Below, piece by piece: positions 12,975-26,456 of a stretch of DNA of 64,000 nt. Within the stretch, counting starts at the first letter, position 1; every line of letters begins with the position of its first letter. Source of the DNA: Malacoraja senta (taxonomy: Eukaryota); NCBI GenBank assembly GCA_038087875.1, contig JAXLNO010000480.1, positions 1-64,000 on the forward strand. The letters are read 5' to 3'. The translations under genes and the position numbers were made by a program. The notes beneath the pieces are model-generated. The model did no database searches. It saw only the letters and a program-made list of their open reading frames with translations, and was not told where the DNA came from.

Positions 12975-13595
12975 GATAGACAATAGGTGCAGGAGTAGGC
13001 CATACGGCCCTTCAAGCCAGCACAGCCATTCAATGTGATCATGGCTAATCATCCCCAATCAGTACCCCGTTCCTGCCTTCTCCCCATATCCCCTGACTCT
13101 ACTATCTTCAAGAGCCCTATCTAGCTCTCTCTTCAAATCATTCAGCAAAACGGCCTCCACCGCCCTCTGAGGCAGAGAATACCACACACTCACAACCCGC
13201 TGTGTGAAAAGGTTTTTCCTCATATCCGTTCTAAATGGCTTGCCCTTTATTCTTAAACTGTGGTCTCTGGTTCTGGACTCTCCCATCATCAGGAACATGT
13301 TTCCTGCCTCTAGCATGTCCAAACCCTTAATAATCTTATATGTTTCAATATGATCCCTTTTCATCTTTCTAAACTCCAGAGTATACAAGCCCAGCCGCTC
13401 CATTCTCTCAGCATATGACAGTCCCGCCATCCCGGGAATTAACCTTGTAAAACTATGCTGCACTCCCTCAATAGCAAGAATGTCCTTCCTCAAATTAGGG
13501 GACCAAAACTGCACACAATACTCCAGGTGTGGTCTCACTAGGGCTCTGTACAACTGCAGAAGGACCTCTTTGCTTCTATACTCAACTCCTCTTGT
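12975..13595 (-). mobile_element. CR1/HER1 LINE 3' fragment
   Basis: ORF 13059..13553: YRALVRPHLEYCVQFWSP...GYGEKAGTGY. Confidence 0.92.
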
Positions 13596-15128
13596 TTGAA
13601 TCCTTTATCCTTTGAATGCAAAGGATGCCCTTCGTGTTCATATTAAACCTTATCATCTCACCTCAAACCCGTGTCCTCTGGTTCCTGATACCCCACACTG
13701 GGTAAAAGGCTCTGTTCATTCAGCCTATCTATTCCCCTCAATAATTCAACTATCACAGCCTCCTGCACTCCAAGCAATAAAGTCTGAGGGAGCACAATTT
13801 TTCAGGCCCATACAGCTGATCCAATATTGGTCTCAACACCACCTTCCCACTTTCCCCACGTCTCCTGACTTCTGTTGAGTTTATAGTCAATCATCCTCTA
13901 TCTTGAACATAGTCAATGTCTCAGCCTCTGCAGCTCCTTTGGGAAGATGACATCCAAAACTGTTGTGCCAGTCAGAGCAATATGGGATGACTTTGGTGTA
14001 ATGACAAAACATTGTCCTCAATGAGAACTGTGCAATGGTCTTCTGATTTCTGCCAAAGCCATGGTCAACAGATTCACCTGTTGCAGGTCGACAGGAGAGG
14101 AGGAGGTCAAGTAGGTCAGTCCCTTGTGTTGGCTCATTCTCTACCTGCTGTCGAAAGAGCCTGGCAGACACATCCTTCAGGGTTCGGCCATCTCAGTGAG
14201 TGGTCGTGTGACCAATCCACTCCCAATGATGGATGCTGAGGTCCACACCCAGTGTACACTCTGTACTCTTGCTTCTTTTAATGTCATTCGAGATTTTGCT
14301 CAGCTGATCAATAATGGTGGGCATTCATTAGGACAGTGAAAGCTTCCCATGGTGAAATCTGTGGGCTCCTTCCCATGAAGAGGCAAGTGAGGAAACAGTA
14401 TGTTCTTTTTCCTTTCACCAGCGCCAACCCTCTCTCTGGGAATGGTTCAGTTTATCCTAATGGGTGCAATGGAATTGCCAGCATGTTTAATGAACACAAC
14501 CCTCTATGGAGGTTTTTTCATCATGAAATGGCAGGACCTCCCTGGATTGCATGTACTCTCTCGTGGAACATCAGGCCCAGCAGGATGCAGCAAAGCACCT
14601 GGAGCTCTCCCATTTGAGATCCATTCGAAATGTTCAAAATCCCAAAGGTGCAAGTTTGATTCCAGATGGAATCTTTATTTGTGGTATAATTCTATATCTG
14701 AACCCATTTGTATCAACACCAGTGGTGCTGGAAACCTGAGCTGGAGGGGGGGTGTCATTTAGTTTGCCAAGAGGCAGTGTCAGTTACTGTGCAGTGTGAG
14801 GGAACCTCAGCTTGTCCTGTGCTGGGCTCAAAGCCACGTTGCTGCTTCTCCAGAATTCCACACAAGTTCCTCTGCAGAAGCTCAGTAAACTTCAGACATT
14901 ATTCTTCATTGGTAATAGTGGATTAAATGAACGTGATTAAATGATTGAAATGTAGTTTGTAAAACTAATGTACTTCTTCAAATGTTTTTGTGAAATGTGT
15001 TCTCCTATTACAATGATGGTGTCTTCACTAAAAAGGGAACAAATGTCATTGTTTTTGCTACATCCGACTGATTAAAATCTAAAATAGCAGTGTTTCTCTT
15101 GACTATTCAAATTCATTTTATTCTTTCC
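13091..15128. repeat. Segmental duplication copy 1 (direct copy at 30782-34408)
   Basis: Collinear near-identical ORFs (14012/31700, 14400/33682, 14551/33833). Confidence 0.92.
13990..14450 (-). mobile_element. Ancient LINE endonuclease (APE) remnant
   Basis: RQQVENEPTQGTDLLDLLLS resembles the Q-V-x-EPTR-x3-LDL motif of LINE APE domains. Confidence 0.55.
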
Positions 15129-15169
15129 AATGAATAAAGCTAATGCTATTATTCTTTCAAATGATTCTA

Positions 15170-17620
15170 TTTTTTTTCCAATGTTCAATAGATTCAGGAT
15201 CAGTTCCTGTGGATTGGAGGGTAGCTAATGTTATCCCACTTTTTAAGAAAGGCGGGAGAGAGAAAACAGGGAATTATAGACCAGTTAGCCTGACATCGGT
15301 GGTGGGGTAGATGCTGGAGTCAATTATAAAATATGAGATAGCCGCACATTTGGATAGCAGTAACAGGATCGGTCCAAGTCAGCATGGATTTACGAAGGGG
15401 AAATGATGCTTGACTAATCTTCTGGAATTTTTTGAAGATGTAACTAGGAAAATGGACAAGCGAGAGCCGGTGGATGTAGTGTACCTGGACTTTCAGAAAG
15501 CATTTGATAAGGTCCCACATAGGAGATTAGTGGGCAAAATTAGGGCACATGGTATTGGGGGTAGAGTGCTGACATGGATAGAGAAGTGGTTGGCAGACAG
15601 GAAACAAAGAATAGGGATTAGCGGGTCCCTTTCAGAATGGCAGGTAGTGACTAGTGGGGTACGGCAAGGCTCGGTGCTGGGACCGCAACTATTTACAATA
15701 TACATCAATGATTTGGATGAAGGGATTCAAAGCAACATTAGCAAATTTGCAGATGATTCAAAGCTGGGTGTCAGTGTGATCTGTGAGGAGGATGCTATGA
15801 GAATGCAGGGTGACTTGGACAGGTTGGGGGAGTGGGCAGATGCATGGCAGATGAAGTTTAATGTGGATAAATGTGAGGTTATCCACTTTGGTAGCAAAAA
15901 CAGGAAGGCAGATTACTATCTAAATTGCGTCAAATTAACCTTGTAAACCTACGCTGCATTCCCACAATAGCAAGAATGTCCTTCCTCAAATTAGGGGACC
16001 AAAACTGCACACAATACTCCAGGTGTGGTCTCACTAGGGCTCTGTACAACTGCAGAAGGATCTCTTTGCTCCTATATTCCTCCTCTTGTTATAAAGGCCA
16101 ACATGCCATTTGCTTTCTTCACTGCCTGTTGTACCTACACGCTTACTTTCATAGACTGATGAACAAGGACCCCCAACTTGACGCCATTTAGATAGTAAGC
16201 AGCCTTGCTGTTTTTGCTACCAAAGTGGATAACCTCACATTTATCCGCATTAAACTTCATCTGCCATGCATCTGCCCACTCCCCCAACCTGTCCAAGTCA
16301 CCCTGCATTCTCATAGCATCCTCCTCACAGTTCACACTGCCACCCAACTTTGTGTCATCTGCAAACTTGCTAATGTTACTTTGAATCCCTTCATCCAAAT
16401 CATTGATGTATATTGTAAATAGCTGCGGTCCCAGCACCGAGCCTTGCGGTACCCAACTAGTCACTGCCTGCCATTCTGAAAGGGACCCGTTAATCCCTAC
16501 TCTTTGTTTCCTGTCTGCCAAACACTTCTCTATCCATGTCAGCACTCTACCCCCAATACCATGTGCCCTAATTTTGCCCACTAATCTCCTATGTGGGACC
16601 TTTTAAAATGCTTTCTGAAAGTCCAGGTACACTACATCCACTGGCTCTCCCTTGTCCATTTTCCTCGTTACATCTTCAAAAAATTCCAGAAGATTAGTCG
16701 AGCATGATTTCCCCTTCGTAAATCCATGCTGACTCGGACCGATCCTGTTACTGCTATCCAAATGTGCGGCTATTTCATCTTTCATAATTGACTCCAGCAT
16801 CTTCCCCACCACCGATGTCAGGCTAACTGGTCTATAATTCCCTGTTTTCTCTCTCCCGCCTTTCTTAAAAAGTGGGATAACATTAGCTACCCTCCAATCC
16901 ACAGGAACTGATCCTGAGTCTATAGAACATTGGAAAATTACCACCAATGCGTCCACGATTTCTAGAGCCACTTCCTTAAGTACCCTGGGATGCAGACCAT
17001 CAGGCCCTGGGGAATTATCAACCTTCAGTCCCATCAGTCTATCCAACACCATTTCCTGCCTAATGTGGATTTCCTTCAGTTCCTCCGTCACCCCAGATCC
17101 TCTGGCCACTACTATATCAGGAAGATTGTTTGTGTCCTCCTTAGTGAAGACAGATCCAAAGTACCTGTTCAACTCATCTGCCATATCCTTGTTCCCCATA
17201 ATAAATTCACCTTTTTCAGTCTACAAGGGTCCAACTTTGGTCTTAACTAATATTATCCTCTTCACATACCTAAAGAAGCTTTTACTATCCTGCTTTATAT
17301 TCTTGGCTAGCTTACCTTCGTACCTCATCTTTTCTCCCCGTATTGTCTTTTTGGTTATCTTCTGTTGTTCTTTAAACATTACCCAATCCTCTTGCTTCCC
17401 GCTCATCTTTGCTACGTTGTACTTCTTCGCTTTAATTTTTATACTGTCCCTGACGTCCCTTGTCAGCCATGGTCGTCCCTTTCTCCCCTTGGAATCTTTC
17501 TTCCTCCTAGGAATGAACTGATCCTGCACCTTCTGTATTATTCCTAGAAACACCTGCCATTTTTGTTCCACTGTCATCCCTGCTAGTGTATCTTTCCAGT
17601 CAACTTTGGCCAGCTCCTCC
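15170..17620. mobile_element. Two opposed CR1 ORF2 fragments: ~15170-15933 (+) and ~15933-17620 (-)
   Basis: NYRPVSLTSVVGK, YLDFQKAFDKVPH, QGSVLGP and KFADD motifs on both strands. Confidence 0.92.
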
Positions 17621-18051
17621 CAGTCAGTTGAGATAGTGTCCAAATATACACACATATGCAGCATAGAGTCATAGAGCTGTACAGCATGGAAACAGGCCCA
17701 TTGGCCCAATGCATACATGCTGACCAAGTTGTGTATCTGAGCCAGTCCCACCTGCCTGCACCTAACCCATGTCCATACATTTCCTATCCATAATATTGTG
17801 GATAAACAGAAAGACTGAGAACTATAGGAATTGTGATTGATTCAGAAATATTGATAAAGATATCTGCGTCTTTGTGCACTAATCACTGAAAGCAGACATG
17901 TGATGCAGCATGCCGTAAGTAGGCAAGTGATATTTGTTAGTTTTCTCTTCTGGAGTTTTTGAGCACAGTAACAAGATGTCTTGTTGCCATATTACAGGAT
18001 ATTCCTGAGACCACCCCTTATGTGCTGTTTTGTTCTCCTTACCCACTAAGG

Positions 18052-21000
18052 ATCAGATAGGCGATTCTGTGGACGCAGTCAGGAGACCCGGATGGTAGTT
18101 TGCCTCCCTGGTGCCAGGGTCTGGGATGTGTCTGAACGTGTCCAAGATATCCTGAAATGGGAGGGAGAGGAGCCTGAGGTCGTGGTACATATAGGTACCA
18201 ATGACATAGGTATAAAAAGGGAAGAGGTCCTGAAAGGGGAATTTAGGGAGTTAGGAAGAGAGTTAAGGAGAAGGACCGCAAAAGTAACAATCTCAGGATT
18301 ACTGCCTGTGCCACGCGACAGTGAGAGTAGGAATGGAGTGAGGTGGAGGATAAATTTGTGGCTGAGGGACTGGTGCAGCGGGCAGGGATTCACGTTTCTG
18401 GATCATTGGGACCTCTTTTGGGAAAGGTGTGACCTGTACAAAAAGTACAGGTTGCACTTGAACCCGAGGGGAACCAATATCCTGGCGGCGAGATTTGCAA
18501 AGGCTACTGGGGAGACTTTAAACTAGAACGGTTGGGGGGAGGGACTCAAATAGAGAAAGCTAGTAGTCATTGTGTGAGGCAGGAGGCAGAGAAGGGAAGC
18601 ACTCAGACCCAACATGTAGGGGTGAAAGAAGAAAAAGATAATAAACAGAGAATAAGTAGTGGTGGGTTTCTTAAATGTGTATATTTTAATGCTAGGAGCA
18701 TTGTAAGAAAGGTGGATGAGCTTAGAGCCTGGATTGACACCTGGAAGTATGATGTTGTGGCGATTAGTGAAACATGGTTGCAGGATGGCTGTGATTGGAA
18801 ACTAAATATTCCAGGATTTTGTTGCTTCAGGTGTGATAGAATTGGAGGGGCAAGAGGTGGAGGTGTTGCATTGCTTGTCAGGGAAGATATTACAGCAGTG
18901 CTTTGGCAGGATAGATTAGAGGGCTCGTCTAGGGAGGCTATTTGGGTGGAACAAAGAAATGGGAAAGGTGTAGCAACACTTATAGGGGTGTATTATAGAC
19001 CGCCTAATGGGGAGCGAGAATTGGAAGAGCAAATATGTAAGGAGATAGCAGATATTAGTAGTAAGCACAAGGTAGTGATTGTGGGAGATTTCAATTTTCC
19101 ACACATAGACTGAGAAACACATTCTGTAAAAGGGCTGGATGGTTTGGAGTTTGTAAAATGTGTGCAGGATAGTTTTTTGCAGCAATACATAGAGGTACCT
19201 ACTAGAGAAGGGGCAGTGCTGGACCTCCTGTTAGGAAATGAGACAGGTCAGGTGGCGGAGGTATGTGTTGGGGAGCACTTCGGGTCCAGTGATCACAATA
19301 CCATTAGTTTCAATATAATTGTGGAGAAGGTCAGAACTGGACCTAGGGTTGAGATTTTTGATTGGAGAAAGGCTAACTTTGAGGAGATGCGAAAGGATTT
19401 AAAAGGAGTGAATTGGGACATTTTGTTTTATGGGAAGGATGTAGAAGAGAAATGGAGGACATTTAAAGTGAAATTTTAAGAGTACAGAATCTTTATCTCC
19501 CTGTTCGGTTGAAAGGAAAGAGTAAAAATTGGAAAGAGTCATGGTTTTCAAGGGAAATTGGACACTTGGTTCGGAAAAAGAGGGAGATCTACAATAATTA
19601 TAGGCAGCATGGAGTAAATGAATTGCCTGAAGAGTATAAAAAATGTTAAAAGAATCTTAAGAGAGAAATTAGAAAAGCTGAAAGAAGATATGAGGTTGCT
19701 TTGGCAAGTAAGGTGAAAGTAAATCCAAAGGGTTTCTACAGCTATATTAATAGCAAAAGGATAACGAGGGATAAAATTGGTCCATTAGAGTATCAGAGTG
19801 GACAGCTATGTGCAGAGCCAAAAGAGATGGGGGAGATATTGAACAATTTCTTTTCTTCGGTATTCACCAAGGAGAAGGATATTGAATTATGTGAGGTAAG
19901 GGAAACAAGTAGAGTAGCAATGGAAACTATGAGATTCAAAGAAGAGGAAGTACTGACACTTTTGAAAAATATAAAAATGGATAAGTCTCCAGGTCCTGAC
20001 AGGATATTCCCATGGACATTGAGGGAAGTTAGTGTAGAAATAGCAGGGGCTATGACAGAAATATTTCAAATGCCATTAGAAACGGGAATAGTGCCGGAGG
20101 ATTGGCGTACTGCGCATGTTGTTCCATTGTTTTAAAAGGGTTCTAAGAGTAAACCTAGCGATTATAGACCTGTTAGTTTGACGTCAGTGGTGGGCAAATT
20201 AATGGAAAGGATACTTAGAGATAATATATATAATCATCTGGATAAACAGGGTCTGATTAGGAACAGCCAACATGGATTTGTGCCTGGAAGGTCATGTTTG
20301 ACTAATCTTGAATTTTTTGAAGAGGTTACTAGGGAAATTGATGAGGGTAAAGCAGTGGATGTTGTCCATATGGACTTCAGTAAGGCCTTTGACAAGGTTC
20401 CTCATGGAAGGTTGGTTAAGTAGATTAAATTGTTGGGTATTAATGGTGGAGGAGCAAGATGGATTCAACAGTGGCTGAATGGGAGATGCCAGAGAGTAAT
20501 GGTGGATGGCTGTTTGTCAGGTTGGAGGCCGGTGACTAGTGGGGTGCCTCAGGGGTCTGTGTTGGGTCCACTGTTGTTTGTCATGTACATCAATGATCTG
20601 GATCATGGTGTGGTAAATTGGATTAGTAAGTATGCAGATGATACTAAGATAGGTGGTGTGGTGGATAATGAAGTAGATTTTCAAAGTCTACAGAGAGATT
20701 TAGGCCGTTTGGAAGAGTGGGCTGAAAGATGGCAGATGGAGTTTAATACTGATAAATGTGAGGTACAACATCTCGGCAGGACAAATCAAAATAGGACGTA
20801 CATGGTAAATGGTAGAGAATTGAGGAATGCAGTTGAACAGAGGGATCTAGGAATAACTGTGCATAGTTCCCTGAAGGTGGAATCTCATGTAGATAGGGTG
20901 GTAAAGAAAGCTTTTGGTGTGCTGGCCTTTATAAATCAGAGTATTGAATATAGAAGTTGGGATGTAATGTTAAAATTGTACAAGGCATTGGTGAGGCCAA

Positions 21001-21577
21001 TTCTGGAGTACGGAGTACAATTTTGGTCGCCTAATTATAGGAAGGATGTCAACAAAATAGAGAGAGTACAGAGGAGATTTACTAGAATGTTGCCTGGGTT
21101 TCAGCAACTAAGTTACAGAGAAAGGTTGAACAAGTTAGGTCTTTATTCTTTGGAGCGCAGAAGGTTAAGAGGAGACTTAATAGAGGTCTTTAAATGATGA
21201 GAGGGATAGACAGAGTTGACGTGGATAAGCTTTTCCCATTGAGAGTAGGGAAGATTCAAACAAGGGGACATGATGAGAATTAAGGGACAGAAGTTTAGGG
21301 GTAACATTAGGGGGAACATCTTTACTCAGAGAGTGGTGCTGTGTGGAATGAGCTACAAGTGGAAGTGGTGGAGGCTGGTTCGATTTTATACTTTAAAAAT
21401 AGATTGGATGGGTATATGGACGGGAAAGGAATGGAGGGTTATGGTCTGAGTGCAGGTAGATGGGACTAGTGGGAAGTATTTTTTTTTTTTTTAAATTTAA
21501 AAAAATCCGCAACGGACTTGAAGGGCCGAGATGGCCTGTTTCCGTGCTGTAATGGTTATATAGTTATATGGTTATAT
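18052..21577 (+). mobile_element. Near full-length CR1 LINE: SGNH-esterase ORF1 plus disrupted APE-RT ORF2
   Basis: ORF1 CLPGA...VVVHIGTNDIG. APE: YFNARS, ISETWL, VGDFNFP, SDHN. RT: PGPD, PQGSVLGP, YADD. (ggttatat)n tail. Several stops and frameshifts. Confidence 0.95.
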
Positions 21578-22856
21578 GGACGCATTGGTGATCATTTTCC
21601 AATGTTCAATAGATTCAGGATCAGTTCCTGTGGATTGGAGGATAGCTAATGTTATCCCACTTTTCAAGAAAGGAGCGAGAGAGAAAACGGGGAATTACAG
21701 ACCAGTTAGCCTGTCTTCGGTGGTGGGAAAGATGCTGGAGTCAATTATTGAAGAGGTAATAATGGGGCATTTGGATAGCAGTAAAAGGATTAGTCCAAGT
21801 CATCATGGATTTATGAAAGGGATATCATGCTTGACCAATCTTCTGGAGTTTTTTGAGGATGTGACAAGTAAAATGGATGAAGGGGAGCCAGTGGATGTAG
21901 TGTATTTCAGAAAGCCTTTGATAAGGTCCCGCACGGGAGACTGGTGACTAAAATTAGAGCACATGGTATTGGGGGTAGGGTGTTGACATGGATATAAAAT
22001 TGGTTGGCAGACTGGAAGCTAAGAGTAGGAGTGAACTGGTCCTTTTCAGAATGGCAGGCAGTGGCGAGTGGAGTGCCGCAAGGCTCGGTGTTGGGGCCAC
22101 AACTGTTTACCATATATATTAATGATTTGGAAGAGGGAATTAGGAGCAACACTAGCAAGTTTGCAGATGACACAAAGCTGGGTGGCAGTGTGAACTGTGA
22201 AGAGGATGTTAGGAGGCTGCAGGGTGACCTGGACAGATTGAGTGGGCAGATGCAGTATAATATAGATAAATGTGAGGTTATCCACTTTGGCGGCAAAAAC
22301 AAGGGGGCAGATTATTATCTCAATGGGGTTAGGTTAGGTAAGGGGGAGGTACAGCGAGTCCTGGGTGTCCTTGTACACCGGTCACTGAAAGTTGGCGTGC
22401 AGGTACAGCAGGCAGGAAAGAATGGAATGTTGGCCTTCATACAAGGGGATTCAGGAGTAAAGAGGTTCTTCAGCAGTTGTACAGGGCTCTGGTGAGACCA
22501 CATCTGGAGTTTGTGTAAAGTTTTGGTCTCCTAATTTGAGGAACGACATCCTTGTGATTGAGGCAGTGCAGCGTTGGTTCACGAGATTGATCCCTGGGAT
22601 GGCGGGACTGTCATATGAGGATAGATTGAAAAGACTAGGCTTGTATTCACTGGAGTTTAGAAGGATAAGGGGGGATCTTATACAAACATAAAATCATAAA
22701 AGGACTGGACAAGCTGGATGCAGGAAAAATGTTCCCAATGTTGGGCGAGTCCAGAACCAGGGGCCACAGTCTTAGAATAAAGGGGAGGTCATTTAAGACT
22801 GAGTTGAGAAAAAACGTTTCAACCCAGAGAGTTGTGAATTTGTGGAATTCCTCTCC
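21576..22856 (+). mobile_element. CR1 ORF2 RT fragment
   Basis: ORFs 21576, 22004 and 22729 carry CR1 RT motifs. Confidence 0.9.
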
Positions 22857-23079
22857 TCAGCCTCCTAGCCGAAGACTCTCGAGCCAAAGACTCTCACTTT
22901 TCTCACAGGGCACTTCCCTCACAAGGCCGCTGCCTTACTGCCGCTCCCTAAGAGCCGTCTTGCTTATATTGAGTTATATAAGTTATATAAAGTTATATGG
23001 AAGCATACATAGCAGCAGATGTCAATTATTTTACGTAATCATTATAAACATGTTCGAGACGCTACATCTTGAAAATATT

Positions 23080-24597
23080 TAGAAACATAGAAAATATGTG
23101 CAGGAATAGGTCATTCGGCCCTTCGAGCCTGCACCGCCATTCAATATGATCATGGCTGATCATCCAACTCAGTATCCTGTACCTGCCTTCTCTCCATACC
23201 CCCTGATCCCTTTAGCCACAAGGGCCACATCTAACTCCCTCTTAAATATAGCCAATGAACTGGCCTCAACTACCTTCTGTGGCAGAGAATTCCACAGATT
23301 CACCACTCTCTGTGTGAAAAATGTTTTTCTCATCTCGGTCCTAAAAGACTTTCCCCTTATCCTTAAACTGTGACCCCTTGTCCTGGACTTCCCCAACATC
23401 GGGAACAATCTACCTGCATCTAGCCACTCCAACCCCTTAAGAAGTTTCAGTAAGATCCCCCATCAATCTTCTAAATTCCAGCGGGTACAAGCCGAGTCTA
23501 TCCAGTCTTTCTTCATATGAAAGTCCTGACATCCCAGGAATCAGTCTGGTGAACCTTCTCTGTACTCCCTCTATGGCAAGAATGTCTTTCCTCAGATTTG
23601 GAGACCAAAACTGTATGCAATACTCCAGGTGTGGTCTCACCAAGACCCTGTACAACTGCAGTAGAACCTCCCTGCTCCTATACTCAAATCATTTTGCAAT
23701 GAATGCTAACGTACCATTCGCTTTCTTCACTGCCTGCTGCACCTGCATGCCTACTTTCAATGACTGGTGTACCATGACACCCAGGTCTCGCTGCATCTCC
23801 CCTTTTCCTAATTGGCCACCATCCAGATAATAGTCTACTTTCCTGTTTTTGCCACCAAAGTGGATAACCTCACATTTATCCACATTATACTGCATCTGCC
23901 ATGCATTTGCCCACTCACCCAGCCTATCCAAGTCACCTTTCAGCCTCCTAGCATCCTCCTCACAGCTAACACTGCCCCCAGCTTCGTGTCATCCGCAAAC
24001 TTGGAGATGTTGCATTCAATTCCCTCATCCAAATCAATAATATATATTGTAAATAGCTGGGGTCGCAGCAGTGAGCCTTGCGGTACCCCACTAGTCACTG
24101 CCTGCCATTGTGAAAAGGACCCGTTTACTCCTACTCTTTGCTTCCTGTTTGCCAGCTAGTTCTCCATCCACATCAATACTGAACCCCGAATACCGTGTGC
24201 TTTAAGTTTGTATCCTAATCTCTTATGAGGGACCTTGTCGAAAGCCTTCTGAAAGTCCAGATATAACACATCCACTGGTTCTCCCTTATCCACTCTACTA
24301 GTTACATCCTCGAAAAATTCTATAAGATTCGTCAGACATGATTTACCTTTCGTAAATCCACGCTGATATTGTCCAATAATTTCACCACTTTCCAAATGTG
24401 CTGCTATCACATCTTTAATAACTGACTCTAGCACTTTCCCCACTACTGATGTTACACTAACTGGTCTGTAATTCCCCGTTTTCTCTCACTCTCCCTTTTT
24501 AAAAAGTGGGGTTACATTAGCTACCATCCAATCCTCAGGAACTACTCCAGAATCTAAAGCGTTTTGAAAAATGATCACTAATGCATCCACTATTTCT
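23080..24597 (-). mobile_element. CR1/HER1 LINE, 5'-truncated
   Basis: ORFs 24156, 23689, 23437 and 23169; tagaaaca-type tail at 23080. Confidence 0.92.
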
Positions 24598-25758
24598 GCT
24601 TGCAGCTCTTGTTGTGTCTGCAGCAATTTAAATCAGTCTAAAGAATTCCTTAAAATCTATTGAAAGCTATAGAAATAATACTTTTAATTTAATATCGAGT
24701 AGATGTAATAATAAAAATGCTGTATTTACTCAGTTATTCCAATGTTGAGTGTAATTATCTCCTGAGTTTCACACAAGGTAAACCCACCAGTCACCATCCT
24801 CATGATCATCCAATTTCTTCTGCAACTTTCAGTTTTCTCCAAATCAAACCGCACAGTTTGCACCAAGACCTTCACAGCCTCTGGGAATAAATCACGTCCC
24901 AGTTCAATTCAGTTTAGTTCAGTGTCACGTTCGTGAGGTAAAGAGAAAATCTTTTGCAGAATGCTAACCAGCCTGGAGAAAGACAAGTATAATTAATGCT
25001 ATTCACAACTGAAGTTAGAATAGTTTCCAGTAACACATATTCAAGCAGATGACTGTGTGATGTTTGAAAGGTCTATGATAATGGCAAATGACAGAATCTG
25101 TTGTTTTGTCATAAATGGAACGGTCAATATTCTTGCCTGTTCATGCTGTAGTTGGTCCGATAGTTCAAACCAATATTCAATTGCATCAGATCATGGTGGA
25201 GGTTGGACTTAGGAGGTCACCAATGAGCTGCGTATGATAATCAAGCTACTACAATTTTTCAAAGTAAGTCCAATATTGAGAGCAATTTTCTCCTCAGTTC
25301 TGAATTTTACTCAAGGTAGAACCTCCAGCAAACATTTTCACAATCACAAGTTTTTCCCCATGCCATTTGGTGTTCTCCAAGCCCAACCTCACAGAGTTGC
25401 ACCAAGATCTTCACAGCCTAGAGATATAGACATGAGAGATACATTGTGTTCCAGGTGTACACTGGCCCTATCCCCGAACTCTATCCCCATTACATTGATG
25501 ACGGCATCGGTACTAGAAAATATATCCACAATATGCAAGCACAATCCATACCCAGAATTGCTTGGTCAAGTTAGTGGAGTGGCACAAATTGACCCAGTTA
25601 GTCACCATCATAACTTTGAAATACATTGCTGATCCTTCGTTATTTGTGGGGCCTACTCCTATCATTTACGTCATTTACTAAACACCTCATTTACTAAACA
25701 CTCGAAATTTAGTTGAGATAAAAAATAGGAAGCGAAGCAGCCCAGAGCTTAGAATAGA

Positions 25759-25900
25759 CAAATCATTGTGGTTAAACTGCAAGATAGCTCTTCATGCAGC
25801 CTTGACCATTGCTCTGAATGATTCAGGACCTGATGCAAAATTCAGAGCAATGGTCAAGGCTGCAGGAAGAGCTGTCTTGCAATTTAACCACAATGATTTG
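25759..25900. repeat. 61-bp-stem hairpin with 20-nt loop
   Basis: 25759-25819 is the reverse complement of 25840-25900 with 3 mismatches. Confidence 0.92.
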
Positions 25901-26108
25901 TTTTTTTAACCACAATGATTTGCTTCCTGTTTTTTATCTGACTAAATTTCACAATGTGTAAATAAACATCAGAAGTGTGAAGGACAAAGAAAATATCAAA
26001 CCATCACAAAACCTATTGAAACATGCAAAAGAGAATCAGGGGTGGATTATTTGTCACTTTGAGCCTGTTCAATCATACAAAACAATCTCATATTCCAATT
26101 CTCTCCCG

Positions 26109-26456
26109 GACGTGGATAAGCTTTTCCCATTGAGAGTAGGGAAGATTCAAACAAGGGGACATGACTTGAGAATTAAGGGGCAGAGGTTTAGGGGTAACAT
26201 TAGGGGGAACTTCTTTACTCAGAGAGTGGTAGCTGTGTGGAATGAGCTTCCAGTGGAAGTGGTGGAGGCAGGTTCGATTGTATCCTTTAAAAATAGATTG
26301 GATGGGTATATGGACGGGAAAGGAATGGAGGGTTATGGTCTGAGTGCAGGTAGATGGGACTAGGGGGAAGTAAAAAAAATTGTTTTAAAGTGTTCGGCAC
26401 GGACTTGAAGGGCCGAGATGGCCTGTTTCCGTGCTGTTATGGTTATATGGTTATAT
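26109..26456 (+). mobile_element. CR1 3' end (same family as 18052-21577)
   Basis: DVDKLFPLRVGKIQTRGHDLRI...; ggttatat tail. Confidence 0.88.

Noticed and set aside
14400..14762. 120-aa ORF conserved with 33682..34044
   Set aside because: Conservation is explained by the recent segmental duplication; no recognisable domain or splice structure.
18092..18526. Stand-alone SGNH/GDSL esterase gene
   Set aside because: It is the known ORF1 esterase domain of the CR1 element directly upstream of APE-RT.
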